A stretch of DNA of 64,000 bases from Okamejei kenojei (GCA_035221665.1 CM069144.1:37944001-38008000), one strand, 5' to 3'. Positions 1-12,809 are shown, numbered from the stretch's first letter. The notes: generated by a model from the letters alone, not told the origin. Numbers and translations: made by a program.

Positions 1-684
1 AATGTTGCATAGAAAAGCAACAGAAGAGATTGTTCTGGCATTTACTTCTGGCATATACCTTTGTCACTGTATGCACCCTACATCCATTGACTCTCGTTTT
101 ATAATTTTCAGGTGCTCCGAAGTGCACAACTGTGGCAGCTCCATCGCAAGTCTCAACAGGAGCCTTATGGGCAACACCTGTTCTCAGTTGCAGGCCTTCC
201 TTACTCACAAATACACAAGTTCATCCATGTACCTAGACATGACGCAATGGTTAATCAGAAGCATTTGCGTCATTAAATTGCTGTGATTAAAACTTATTTT
301 CCAACTCCTAATTACTAACTCCGAAACTCAATCAGACTTTTTATTTGTGCATGTGCCAGTACAATGAGTGGCACGTCTGCTTAGCGGACTCCAGTGGGAG
401 ATTACTGAGATGATCCGGGTTCACATCAGCTGGTGTGCCAAACAGCTGTTAGCAAGGGAGGGCACCATCCCATACGTCTGAGAGGATTTAAACCCAAATC
501 TCCAGACCCTGTGATGAAATGCAGCAATCTTCTTCCAGAATGTGCCCATCTCAAAAAAGTTACAAGACACTACTGCTGTTATTTTTTCTCTTATTTATTT
601 TGTCTAAAATGCTTTTTTTTTGGTAGTGTGGTTAATTTGTATTAATTATGGAGTTCAAATCTCAGGGTCAGCACTTAAGAGTAA

Positions 685-940
685 GGAAACAGGCCCTTCA
701 GCCCAATACATCCATGCGCACAGTAGGCTTACCAAACGAGTACCACGAGTACTACTGCAGGCCATATCCCTCCAAACCTTTCCTATCCATGTATCCAAGT
801 GTCCTTAAATGTTGTAACCATACCCACTTCTACCACTTCCTTTGGCATCTCATTGCAGACACCAACCCAACATCTTCTGTATAAAACGTTCTCCCTCAGG
901 TCCCCCTAAAATATTTACCCTCTCAGATTAAACCTATTTA
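685..940 (-). mobile_element. CR1/HER1-type LINE 3' fragment
   Basis: Reverse complement of the CR1 3' region (ggaaacaggcccttcagccc...ccatatccctccaaacctttcctatccatgta), which recurs elsewhere in the window. Confidence 0.7.
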
Positions 941-1207
941 AAAATTTAAACTGAGATTTAAAGACCGCGTGGATGAACTCCAAATATTGTTCATCCCTGT
1001 CTGGCGACAAAAAAAAATGCGGAAGGTGCCTCAACCGTGGCTAACACGAGAAATCAAGGATAGTGTTAAATCCAAGGGAAAGGCATATAAATTGGCCAGA
1101 GGAAGCAGCAAACCCGGAGGACTGGGGGAAATTTAGAGCTCAATGGAGGAGGACAAAGGGGTAAATTAAGAGGGGGGAAAAGAACGTGAAAGAAAGCTTG
1201 CGAGGAG

Positions 1208-2887
1208 TAATAATAATAATAATAATAATAACAATAACTTTATTACGGACTCAAGGTCCAGAAAAGGGGCAACATTAGATTTAAAAATGCATTGCATCTC
1301 AAATATCATAAATATATATAAAATCATTGTAAGTCACATAAAAACATCATAATTTATATATTTTTTAAAAAACCCACAATACTTAAGTTAAAAATCCAGA
1401 GTAAAAAATGATCAATGTCGTACAACGAGACAATGATACCAGTGTCACCATAACTGGGATTCGTAGCGTGTAGTGCTAACCCTTATGTTTGTCAAGGCCA
1501 CAATAAGCACATTTTCAGAGTCATTTATCCTGCAAATGAATTTATACATGTGGTGTCTTAGGATAGCTTCTAGAGTACTGACTCCTGCAGCCGCAAACAT
1601 ATTACTGGCACTACACCATCTTGGTTGCCTTAGCAGTGTTCTCATGGCATCATTATATGCAACCTTTAGTCTCTGCATACTTGTCTTTAAATAGTTCGAC
1701 CACAGGTGCACAGTGTAGAGGGGTGTGCAGTATGCTCTAAACAGCGACATCTTCACCACATCTGCACACGCACCAAATTTACGCAAGAGGATATTCGCCT
1801 GTATATACAGCATGCGTCGTTGCCTATAAATATCCTCATCATCTGTCATTTGTTCTGTAATAATATGCCCTAGATATTTTATCTTATTACAGACACTAAG
1901 ATTGTTGTCATACAATTTAAAATCAGGATATTTTAGGCTTTTATCCTCTTTGGTTCTACAGACCATAACAGCACTCTTACTAGCATTATATTTAATGTCA
2001 TGTTCCAAACCATACACGGAACATGCAGTAAGGAGCTGCTGGAGACCAGCGCTAGATGGACTAAAGACCACAAGATCATCTGCATACATAATATGGTTCA
2101 CTAAAATATTACCAATCACGCACCCAGTGTTACAGGCTTTCAATTGTTTAGACAGATCATCAATATATAGATTAAAAAGGACTGGGCTTTGGAAGCATCA
2201 ATAAAGCACATAAGGATTGAAGAGTTTTTGCCTCTATATTTGTTTACAATCTCCTTTAGGGCATATATGCATAAGTCAGTGCCATGTTTAGCTTTAAAGC
2301 CAAACTGGTTATCTGTGGAGTTAACAAACTCATGTATTCTATCCAGCAGAAGTCTTTCTAAGACTTTTGACAATATGCCGGCTAAAGCTATGGGCCTGTA
2401 ATTATTTAAACTGCCTACTTTACCCGCTTTGTCCTTAATAACAGGACAGACAACATTGAGTCTGGTAACATGCCATGAATCATAAAGCCAGTAAAACAAA
2501 TAGCTAGGAGAGGAGCTATCCTCATACTCGCATACTTAAGATGTTCAGCAGAGATATGATCCAAGCCACTTGCTTTGTTGTTGGACAGCTTGTTCATGGC
2601 ATGATAACCTCATGTGACATAATCACCATCGAGTCATTACTCTCAATATTGTCCACCCTATACAAGTCACCTTGGACACAGTTGAATAAAGTGCTATAAT
2701 GTTGTCGCCATAACTCCGCGATATTAGCCGTTCCGGAGATTCCATCTACAGTACATGGTAGAGATGTTTTGCAACTGCTAAGAGCTCTCACTTCCTTCCA
2801 AAAATCTGTAGCATTGTTACTTAGCAGCTTCTTAGCCATGGAATCAGCCCTCATAGCTTGCTCATTTTTACAGATGAAGCGAAAGAT
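1208..2887 (-). mobile_element. Non-LTR retrotransposon (RTE-X-like, tentative clade), 5'-truncated, with internal deletion and (ATT)n tail
   Basis: Minus-strand frames give KASGLDHISAEHLKYA, NYRPIALAGILSKVLE, QFGFK, CFIDASKA, HIMYADDLVV, KYLGH and AYN..R.LL..PRWCSAS.MF. Minus-strand AATAAA at about 1239-1244 is followed by (ATT)n. The host CR1 sequence resumes on both sides. Confidence 0.85.
1445..2186 (-). pseudogene. Reverse transcriptase C-terminal portion of the RTE-X-like element
   Basis: The 232-aa ORF contains YADD and YLG motifs. The upstream RT segment between DASKA and SPVLFNLY is missing. Confidence 0.85.
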
Positions 2888-2990
2888 GAATATAAAGACT
2901 GACTCTAAAAGCTTCTTTAGATATGTAAAAAGGAAAAGATTAGTGAAGACAAATGTAGATCTCTTACAATCAGAGACAGGTGGATTTATA

Positions 2991-3113
2991 GTGTTAACGA
3001 AGAAACTGCAGATGCTGGAGAATCGAGGGTTACACAAAAAGCTGGAGAAACTCAGCGGGTGCAGCAGCATCTAAGGAGCGAAGGAGATAGGCGACGTTTC
3101 GGGTCGAGACCCT
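2991..3113 (-). mobile_element. Penelope-derived terminal unit (partial hammerhead) with 15-bp TSD
   Basis: Flanked by exact acaggtggatttata at 2976-2990 and 3114-3128. The minus strand starts agggtctcgacccgaaacgtcgcc. Confidence 0.85.
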
Positions 3114-6100
3114 ACAGGTGGATTTATAATGGGAAACAAAGAAATGGCAGAACAATTAAACGAGTACTTCGGTTCTGTCTTCACTAAGGAAGACACAAAC
3201 AATCTCCCAGAAATACTACTGCGACCGAGGATCTAGTGGGAGGGAGGAATTGAAGGGAATCCACATTAGTCAGGAAATTGGGTTAGGTAAACTGTTGGGA
3301 CTGAAGGCAAATAAATCCCCAGGGCCTGGTGGTCTGCATCCCAGAGTACTCAAGGAGGTGGCCCTAGAAATCGTGGATGCATTGGTGACCATTTTCCAAA
3401 GTTTTCTCGAGTCCTGTGGACTGGTCGGTAACCAACGTAACCCAACTTTTTAAATAAAGAGGGAGAGAGAAAACGGGGAAATTATAGACCAGTTAGCCTT
3501 TCATCGGTAGTGGGGAAGATGCTTGAGTCGATTGTTAAAGATGTTATAGCAACATTTGGAAAGCAGTGACAGGATCGGTTAAAGTCAGCATGGATTTATG
3601 AAGGGAAAATCATGCTTGAATAATCTTCTGGAATTTTTGAAGGTAACAAGTAGAATGGACAAGAGTGTGCCATTGGATGTGGTGTATCTGGACTTTCAAA
3701 AAGTCTTTGACAAGGTCCCACACAAGAAATTAGTGTGCAGAAAGAGACCACATGGTATTGGGGGTAAGTTATTGACATGGATAGAGAACTGGCTGGCAGA
3801 CAGGAAGTAAAGAGTAGGAATTAATGGGTCCTATTCACAATGGCAGGCACGGATTAGTGGGGTGCTGCAAGGCTCGGTGCTGGGACCCCAGTTATTTACA
3901 ATAACGATTTAGACGAGGGAATTAAATGTGACCTCTCCAGGTTTGCTGATGACACAAAGCTGGGTGGCAGTGTGAGCTGCGATGAGGATGCTATGAGGCT
4001 GCAGGGTGACTTGGAGAGGTTGGGTGAGTGGGCAGATGCATGACAGATGCAGTATAATGTGGATAAATGTGAGGTTATCCACTTTGGTGGCAATAACAGG
4101 AAGGCAGATTATTATATGAATAGTGTCAGATTCGGAAAAAGGGAGATGCAACGAGGCCTGGGTGTGCTTGTACATCAGTCACTGAAAGTAAGTATGCAGG
4201 TACAACAGGCAGTGAAGAAAGCTAATGGCATGTTGGCCTTCATTGCGAGAGGGTTTGAGTTTAGGAGCAAGGAGGTCCTACTGAAGTTGTACAGGGCCCT
4301 GGTGAGACCGCACCTGGAGTATTGTGTGCAATTTTGGTCTCCTAATTTGAGAAAATACACTATTGTTATTGAAGGAGTGCAGCGTAGGTTCGCCAGCCTA
4401 ATTCCTGGGATATCGGGAATGAAATATGATGAAAGAATGGGTCGACTGGGCTTGTATTCACTTGAATTTAGGATGAGAGGATATCTTATAAAAACATATA
4501 AAATTCTAAAGGATTGGACAGACTCGATGCAGGAAATATGTTCCCAATGTTGGGGGAGTCCAGAACCAGGAGGCACAAAGAATAAGGGGTTGGCCATTTA
4601 GGACTGAGATGAGGACAAACCTCTTCACCCAGTGAGTTGTGAATCTGTGGAATTCTCTACCACAGGAGGCAGTGGAGGCCAATTCACAATATGTTTTCAA
4701 GAGATAGTTAGATGCAGCTGTTAAGGCTAAAGGAATCCAGGAATATGGGGAAAAAGCAGGAACGGGGCACAGATTTTAGATGATCAGCCATGATCATATT
4801 GAATGGTGGTCCTGACGCGAAGGGCCGGATGGCCTACTCCTGCACCTATTTGTCTATTCCTTTTGTACTTACCTAAGCTCATCTAAATGACAGTAGCTAT
4901 TCAACTTCTCTATACCCCTCATGATTTAAAAAAAACTTTATAAAGCCACCCCTCAACTTCCTATGTTCCATGGTCGAAAGACCCCACCAATCCAACCTTT
5001 CCTAATAACTTGGATTGGAAATCAAAGAATCTCTTATCCAGAAGATTCCGTCTCCAAAAGAAGAAATCAAGGAGAAACTGAACCTGTGGATAAAGTGATG
5101 GCATGCCAAATACCTACACAACCTCATTATATACCAGAACGGAGAAGCGATTACTTTTATTTGGTTGCTAGTTGTGCTCTGCAGTGGAACCAGGTTCATC
5201 AACAGATGTCAAAGGGAATCGGACAGACACGTAAAAGGAAAGCTCACAGGTCTATGAGGCAAGAGCATGGGAGTGGGACCCACTCTTTCAAAGAGGCAGT
5301 ACAAGGTGAATGGTCTTCCCTGTGCCTTTTCCGGTTTGTATCCAAACGGTTGTATTAGTTCAGGAACTCAACAGATCATCTGTGGGGTGAAATATACTGA
5401 CGATGTTCGAGTTAGGATCCCTCCCAAAGGGTTTCAACCCAAAAGTCTTGACCCTCCAGCTCTCTCTGTGCGGGCTGTGTTCTTCCAGCAATTTGTTTTT
5501 TTGCTCAAGATTCCTGCATCTGTAGTCTCATGTGTCTCCGTAATAGGTCAGGGGTGGGTTACAATATAAAACTGATTCCACCAACTCCCAAACTAGGAGC
5601 TATGGGATTCTGATGTCATGAAGTATGGAGCATGACATTGGAAGCGTGTTGCAGTGGTGTCTGTGGTACATGTTTGACAGAATAAACTCATGTTTAAGTT
5701 CTTAAAATCTCAGTTTAAAAAAAATTGCTCTCTGATTTTCCCCCTTCCTCTCCAAATTGTGCCGATCAGTTTGCAAATATTGGCATCCAGCGCAGGTTGG
5801 GTAGTTCACCAGACTTGATATCGCAAAATCAATCTCAGCGATGACAAACTCAAACTTGCGGATAATTATGATCAGGACCAGGAATCATGATGGAGTTTCC
5901 CTTTCTCCAACCTGAGCCCTGATACTCAAGTTGTGTCCGAGCTAAGTTTCTACCTTTCACTTCATTTCAGACACCTAAATTACAGATTGTTCCAAAACTA
6001 TCTATTAATGTTTACTCACCCACTTCAAATCGGACTTGTATCACCCTTTCCATGGATCGGACAGGTTTGGAGGGATGTGGACCAAACGTGGGCAGGTGGG

Positions 6101-6749
6101 ACTAGTGTAGCTGGGACATGTTGGCCAATGTGAGCAAGTTGGGCCAAAGGGCTTGTTTCCACACTGTATCGCTCTATGACTCTATTTCTCAACTTTATTG
6201 TACAGTGACAGCTAACAAGTTAACTAGCATCATGTTAAGAAATACAAACAGGAAGCTCACAAATCCAATCAGTTTGTGTCATATCACAGCTTGCAAAGAG
6301 CCCAGCCCAATCCTGCAACTATTGTTATAAGGCACTGTTATTGTTTAAAAATGAATGTGAACAATATTAATAATATCTACGCTATCACTCACACTGAATG
6401 TTATTCTCCTAGATATATATTATTTATGACTGCACAAGCTAAAGGTCTATATGGTATCAACCACAAACTATTTCACAACACTCTTGCATCTGAATCAAAA
6501 CACCTTGAAATAATTTAAAATCTCTCGCCAGAAACCTGGACATTATGTCTAGGCCAACGCTCACATGAACTGCTAAGCAAACACCACTTTGTCTGATGAC
6601 CCTTCTTTTGGATGAGATGCTGCACCAAGATCCTGCCTGGAGTCTCAGGTGAACACTAAAGGTCCCATGATACCATTCACAAGCAGAAACTGGAAGAACT
6701 TCCATACAACTAATCCTATCCTTCGGAACAAAACTGATCAATTATTTTA

Positions 6750-7121
6750 TCTTATAGAAACATACAATTCTTAAGGGATTGAATAGGCTAGATGCAGGAA
6801 AAAATTTCCCGATGTTGGGGGAGTCCAGAACTAGGGGTCACAGTATAAACATAAGGGGTAGGCCATTTAGGACTGAGATGAGGAAAAGCTTTTTCACCCA
6901 GAGAAATGTGAATCTGTGGAATTCTCTGCCACAGAAGGCAGTGGAGGCCAATTCACTGGATGTATTCAAGAGAAAGTTAGATATACAGTAGGGCTAACGT
7001 AATCCAGGGATATGGGGAGATAGCAGGAATGGGGTACTGATTTTGGATGATCAGGCATGATCATATTGAAGTGCTTGAAGGGCTGAATGGCCTTATCCTG
7101 CACCTATTTTCTATATTTCTA
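6750..7121 (+). mobile_element. CR1 LINE 3' end
   Basis: Encodes RTRGHS...FRTEMRKSFFTQR..NLWNSLP, followed by the 3' tail gatcatattgaa...cctgcacctattttcta. Confidence 0.9.
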
Positions 7122-7946
7122 ATCACGGAATCACTATTGTCTGTGGAAGCTTGCAGATGCACATTGGTTATACAGTAAGTTCTCTGCATTGCTTCAGTAA
7201 CCAGACAAACAAAACAATTTTGGTTATTTACTTTTTAGGCTGTTGCATAAGATGTGAAAAGACACTATGCAAAATGCAAACCTCAATCACATTGATTCAT
7301 TGTACAGAATATTTTTTAAACTCTCAACGTAGTTTGAAGCATTTTAATTCTGTTGCACCTTGAGATATCCTCTAGGAAATCTGATCTTGTGAAGCCATGA
7401 ACATGTTATAAAGTTACTGCATACATAGCTACGTGATTAATCAATAGCAAGAATCTGGCAGATTTAGCTTGGCACTTACAACATTAAATATTGATACTCT
7501 GCAGACTTGATCAATAGTGTTTTTTTTAATTAAAAAGTTGAATGGGGTAATCAATTTTATACACCTCAAACTGGTTTCCCCAGATCATTAGAGGGTTAGG
7601 CTGTTAAACAGTAATGGATGCTATAATCTGGTGGGGCAGTGTAGGAAGATGATATACTGCCCTGGGAACAAGGCTGCTCATTATGAGCAGTGAAGAAAGG
7701 GGCAGATGAATGCCCTCAACCAAAAACATCCACCTACAGAGGCATAAGCTGAGAATGGTGCAGAACAAAATTACATAATTTAAAAAAATCAATAATGTTG
7801 AAAGAGCTTATGAACAGTATGTCACAGGCCTATTAATAATACCTTCCAGCAGAATGTTTTGGAGGAGAGTGTCATTTAAATGAAAGTTTTAATGAACAAG
7901 TTATGTTCACCAACTATAGTTTAGGTCTTATCAGAGTAGGCAGAGT

Positions 7947-8042
7947 AGTCTGAAGAAGGGTTTCGGCCCGAAATGTTGCCTATCTCCTTCGCTCCATAGA
8001 TGCTGCTGCACCTGCTGAGTTTCTCCAGCATTTTTGTGTCTT
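7947..8042 (+). mobile_element. Penelope-derived unit with near-intact minimal hammerhead motif (7950-7980)
   Basis: CTGAAGA-A-GGGT-TTCG-GCCC-GAAA-TGTT, then a tail matching the 2991-3113 subfamily. Confidence 0.75.
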
Positions 8043-9569
8043 GGGTCTTGTCAGAACCTGATATACTTTATTCCCACCTCCATTTTGACCCAAACCCCAT
8101 GCGATGTCGTTGGCACTATATTACAGCTTCACTGTCTGATGAGCCACAGTTTGCTCGGTGGAAGCGCTTCCCTTTGAGACAAGCAAGCCTCGGCGCCTGC
8201 CACCTCCACATTGTCCAACAATGTGAATCACACTGTACCAGAGTTTCCAATCATCCAGAACTGAGCTTACAGCACAGCTCAGAGATCACCAACCCCTGCA
8301 AAACAGGTCACTTCTGACCCTGTATCATGGGGAAGCTTCCGTTCCAGGTTGAAAGTGCTATACAACCAGTGCCAATGTCAACATTTTTACCAGCTGAACA
8401 TGGCCCAAAACTGAAATTCAGTATCTCAAAAGAAAATTAAACTAAATAAGCAACTTGAGAGCTTCTTCTCACATGACATACCTTGAAATTACTTATATAT
8501 ACTGTATTTGAACTGAAATCTTTATGTGACAAGATTTAACAGTAATAATAATAAAACAGATAACTAGAAATTATTGCCAATAAACGTCAGCTGAATGTGA
8601 CAGTAAAATACATTTGTAAATGGGCTTCATATCACAACAGTGGGAAATGTGTCAGCCAGTTAAAACAAGTTATCTTCTTTATAACAAAGACACCAAACTA
8701 CAATGCACCCAATAATACCTATCATATAGTTATTCAAAATACAAACATGTTAAATGCAATTCAGATGAATTGCATGATATTTACAAATGCAGGATGTTCA
8801 GTAATAATTTTAAATTTTTAATTCATTCAACTGAAAGAACAGGAATTGCAACTCTCTTGAATGTCTGCAGTAAGTAGTAACATGCCCGATGTTTTGTCTC
8901 ACTGGCATTAACTGAGGAATGCTGAGAGCAGATGAATGAGGTTTGTTCTCAACACTGTTGCTAATGGACACGTTGATCTGCTATCCCTTGGAAATCGTTG
9001 TAAAGCAAAACAATTAGATCCGAGAAGTTTCAGCGGGTTCCAAAAATAAGAGAGGACTTTAAAAACTGACGCAGGAGGAGGCTACTCAGCCCCTCAGGCC
9101 TGCTTCGCCTCAACCCCCAGCTTGCTGCAAGGCTTCCTCCTCTCCTTAACCCCCACCTCCTCCGCATACACTGAGCTTCCCAGGCACTCCAGCATAAAGA
9201 TTCAGCTGCACAAATATAGGAACAACCTGCACTGTGCAGACAATGTTTATGGCAACATACACTTTTGCCCTGCTCTTGGGAGGGTTGGCATCAGTCGTTA
9301 TAAGGGTGTGAAATGGGAAAGATTTGTGTGGCCTTGCCTTGTTCTTTCCCTCATCAGGTTGCCCAAATGATGCCCACAGTGGGCATTGGTTGGATGTGGA
9401 ACCTCACTGCTGTGGCATTATCCAACATCCTGGTGCTAGATTCCATGCAAGTTCATGTCTATGTGGCTAGAAGCAGGTTACTGAACTGCCACTAAGTTAG
9501 GCATAATCAGCCACGAGTTGCATGAAAATCATGAAACTGTCCAATGACTTGAATAAAACAAGTCAATTG

Positions 9570-9663
9570 AGAGAAACAATATATGCTAATATCCAATCTC
9601 TCTTCTCACCCCCAATCTCCAGCTCGTCCTACAAACTGGCTTCTCATACCTGCATCCAGATGG
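9570..9663 (+). repeat. 94-bp direct repeat, copy 1
   Basis: Matches 10619-10712 with one mismatch (ctaat vs ctcat). Confidence 0.95.
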
Positions 9664-10618
9664 ACTTGCAAACTATAAGCACTTGAAACTACCTTTTCCT
9701 CTCAGTATAACTCTACACAGGTGCCATGGTCATTTCAGAAACATAAGAAATGCCACCTGATAAACCAGCAGTGAAGACAGAAGAAACTGGAGGCAAAGAA
9801 GAAAAAGATTAATGGACTTTTACCTCCCACCCCGAGTCCACCCGGAAACAGGGAGTGGGCCGTTGCTGATGGGAGCAGGCCAACATAGTGTGGCTATTGA
9901 AACTTGCGCACCGATCAGTAAAGGGCATCATCTTTAAATTCCAATAAACAGCAGGAAAACTGACGAAGGCTGTCATGTAAGAGAAGGAGGCAAAAAGGTG
10001 GAGGTGGTGGAGGGGAAGGGGGAGCCCACACATGTGAAGCTGATTTCCACATGATTGATAGACAGAACATGGGTGCTAATGGATCTCAGTTCTCAGCCCT
10101 AATATCTTTGGCTCAGTTGATTACTGATGTAAACCAGGTGCCCACTGTGATAAAATATAGCTTGAATATTAGAAGACAGATATACAATTCCATAAGAAAG
10201 AGTCTTCTGTCACAGCACCAGAGCTTCCTAGAGGTAACTGTGCAGAAGGTCAAAGATAGCATAGGTTAACCCTATGTTGCCCCCGAGGACTACATCTGGC
10301 CATTTTAAAGGATTGGCTTTTGTTACAAGCAATGGCCTCTGAAGTGCAGTCCCACAGTATTCCAGCCTTCTCCTGACAGACATTTTAGCTCTTTTCCGTT
10401 GCTATACTCATTTTTTTCGGATCTCAGGATTTTTAAAGTCTTTGCCAGCTCATGGCAACCAGATAGGAGCAGAAGGTGAGGGAGAACTTCTCCAGAGTCA
10501 AAGAGCCGAAACTGTGGACAGGTTCTCCCTGCCCTTTGCTCCAAATCTTTTATATTTACTCTGGTCTCAATAGTTGCTTATGTTGGCATGAGGCATCCAT
10601 TGAATGATCGTGCCGGAT

Positions 10619-10712
10619 AGAGAAACAATATATGCTCATATCCAATCTCTCTTCTCACCCCCAATCTCCAGCTCGTCCTACAAACTGGCTTCTCATACCT
10701 GCATCCAGATGG
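10619..10712 (+). repeat. 94-bp direct repeat, copy 2
   Basis: Matches 9570-9663 at an offset of 1049 bp. Confidence 0.95.
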
Positions 10713-11050
10713 TTCAAGTAAGCACTTGAAACATCCTCTGAGACTCAGCCTTCAGGGATGGACATGATAGCAGCATTAATAATATGTGAGGAGCTGCCAA
10801 GGGTTAAGAGGGGCTGACGGGCAAAGATATGGGGTCTCTTGCGATGAGTCACAAATCTTTCTATTGGCCAAAGGTGTAATGTAGAAAAACAGGCATTGCA
10901 AGCAAGCAAACAGCAAGCTCCCACTGACAGAAATGAAGGAAATTATTGGACAATCTGCCCCGGTGATGCCAACTGAGGGATAAATATTGGTCATAACATA
11001 TGGAAAATCTCCCCTGCCTTCCTTCCGTGAGCGGCACGGAATCCCGACTT

Positions 11051-11340
11051 TAGTTTAGTTTAGCTTAGAGATACAGCGTGGATCAGGTCCTTTGGCCCAT
11101 TGAGTCAGTGCCGACCAATGATCACAAACATACACTAGTTCTATCCTACATGCTAGGGACAATTTACAGAGGCCAATTAACCTACAAACCTGCACGTCTT
11201 TGGAATGTGGGAGGAAATCAGAGCACCCAGAGAAAACCCAGTCACAAGGAGAATGCACAACTCCGTACAGGCAGCATCCTAGTCAGAGTCGAACCAAGGT
11301 CTCTGGTGCTCTAAGGCAGCTGTTCTACCACTGCGCCACT
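11051..11340 (-). mobile_element. HE1-type V-SINE
   Basis: tRNA-like head (gtggcgcagtggtaga...ggttcga), central ttcctcccacattccaaagacgtgcagg domain and (ctaaa)n tail, all on the minus strand. Confidence 0.9.
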
Positions 11341-12809
11341 TCTGAATTGATATTTAATTTCACCACAAGTTCAAGAAACAGACTGCACTCAAGGTATTAG
11401 TTACACCATGGTCCTCTGCACAGCCTGTTAAATGACGTGGTCTCTCGTGTTTGCAAATACTTGTGTTTACTTTGCCAAAACCCACAGGATATTCTAACTA
11501 AACAAACACGTTCCCCAAACCAGTCGTGAATCTCATCCCCATCTCCCAATTACGACTGATGTTCTGCTGATTTATAGATTCTGGCAGGTGCCAGATTGAT
11601 ATGAATATATTAAAAATATATGTGCATGTACGTAGGTACCAGTAATGTCGTTAGCTTCAGGATTTCCATCACTTTAGCATCATAAGTCATTATCCTTTAT
11701 CCTTGTAAACCGATCCGTGCAAACACAATCCAAATGTAGCAGGTAATTAAAGTCAAGTAGGAGAAAAATGCTTTCTTGGTCAATTGAAAGATTCATGATA
11801 CATCCCACAAGACTTCACATCCATGCCCATGAGCCTCGCTTAACCCTTGGCAGCCCCTCGCACGTTATTAATGATGCTATCACAGCCATCCCTTTGGGCC
11901 AAGTCTCGGAGGGCCAGTGTTACATCTATCTGCATGGAAAGCAGAACTGCATTTCACACACACAGTAACATAAGCAACCGTCGCGACCAGAGTAAAGTTA
12001 AAAGCTTTGCAACCTAGGGAAGGGGAACTTCTCCACACATGGAACCACGGCATGTAAATTCACTCTTCAGGATTGGTGGTAGAAGAATAATTTCCCTCGA
12101 CGTTCAAGATTCAGATATGCGCACACGCATCCAAACAATGCACATGGATGCACCCAAGCATCCAAACACCTATGCACAATCATGCAGACAGCAAAACACA
12201 CACACATACCCAAGCACCACACACAGCCAAGCAACAAACACACACACACACACACTGCTTCTGATCATGAATCAACATACAACCCTGCTGTTCATGCTAT
12301 TGAAAGAGTACCAGGACCCCAACCACTTTCAATGGTCTGAAAACGAAGCCCTAGCAGAACTACTTTTCCTAGTTTTCCACGTTAAAATCTGTAGTGATAT
12401 CATTATTTTTGTTTCCATTTATTGGCTGATGTGATGGTACGATGAGCACCTGTCTAGCATGCTTATTATGCAGTGTTCTGTGTATGTCTCTGTGCTCTGC
12501 TGTGTGACTAAAATAAATCACATAACTATACCTTCAGGTGTTCCAACATCTTCAAGTACACGTCAGGAAATACACTGAGGTGACACTTCATTTGCTGTTC
12601 AGCGACCTCCTTGGAATTGTTTCATACATAGTCTAATGTCTGGAATAAACCTCCGTCAGGAAAGTCTCACCCAGGAATTTTACAGTGAAACAATCCCATT
12701 AAATGTCACAGGTAAGATGTGTTCCTTAACTATGTGCTGTGTTTACAGAACTGAGCTGTCCTCTTCTGTGGGGAATGATTGAGATTTTGTTTTTAGTTAC
12801 GAGATTTCT

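Larger units (their letters stand above)
945..4856 (+). mobile_element. 5'-truncated, decayed CR1 LINE (ORF2 RT and 3' UTR) interrupted by two nested insertions
   Basis: Fragmented frames give KSPGPGGLHPRVLKE, VYLDFQKVFDKVPH, FADD (tttgctgatgac near 3942) and LYRALVRPHLEYCVQFWSP. 3' tail is ggcctactcctgcacctatt. Colinear with the copy at 51520-53918. Multiple stops and frameshifts. Confidence 0.95.

Noticed and set aside
110-286. Splice-like signals near the window start (ttttcAG at 110; minus-strand GTGAGT near 205)
   Set aside because: No matching partner site and no recognisable peptide.
2594-3074. 158-aa and 101-aa ORFs
   Set aside because: They are chimeric read-throughs across the RTE-X, CR1 and Penelope junctions.
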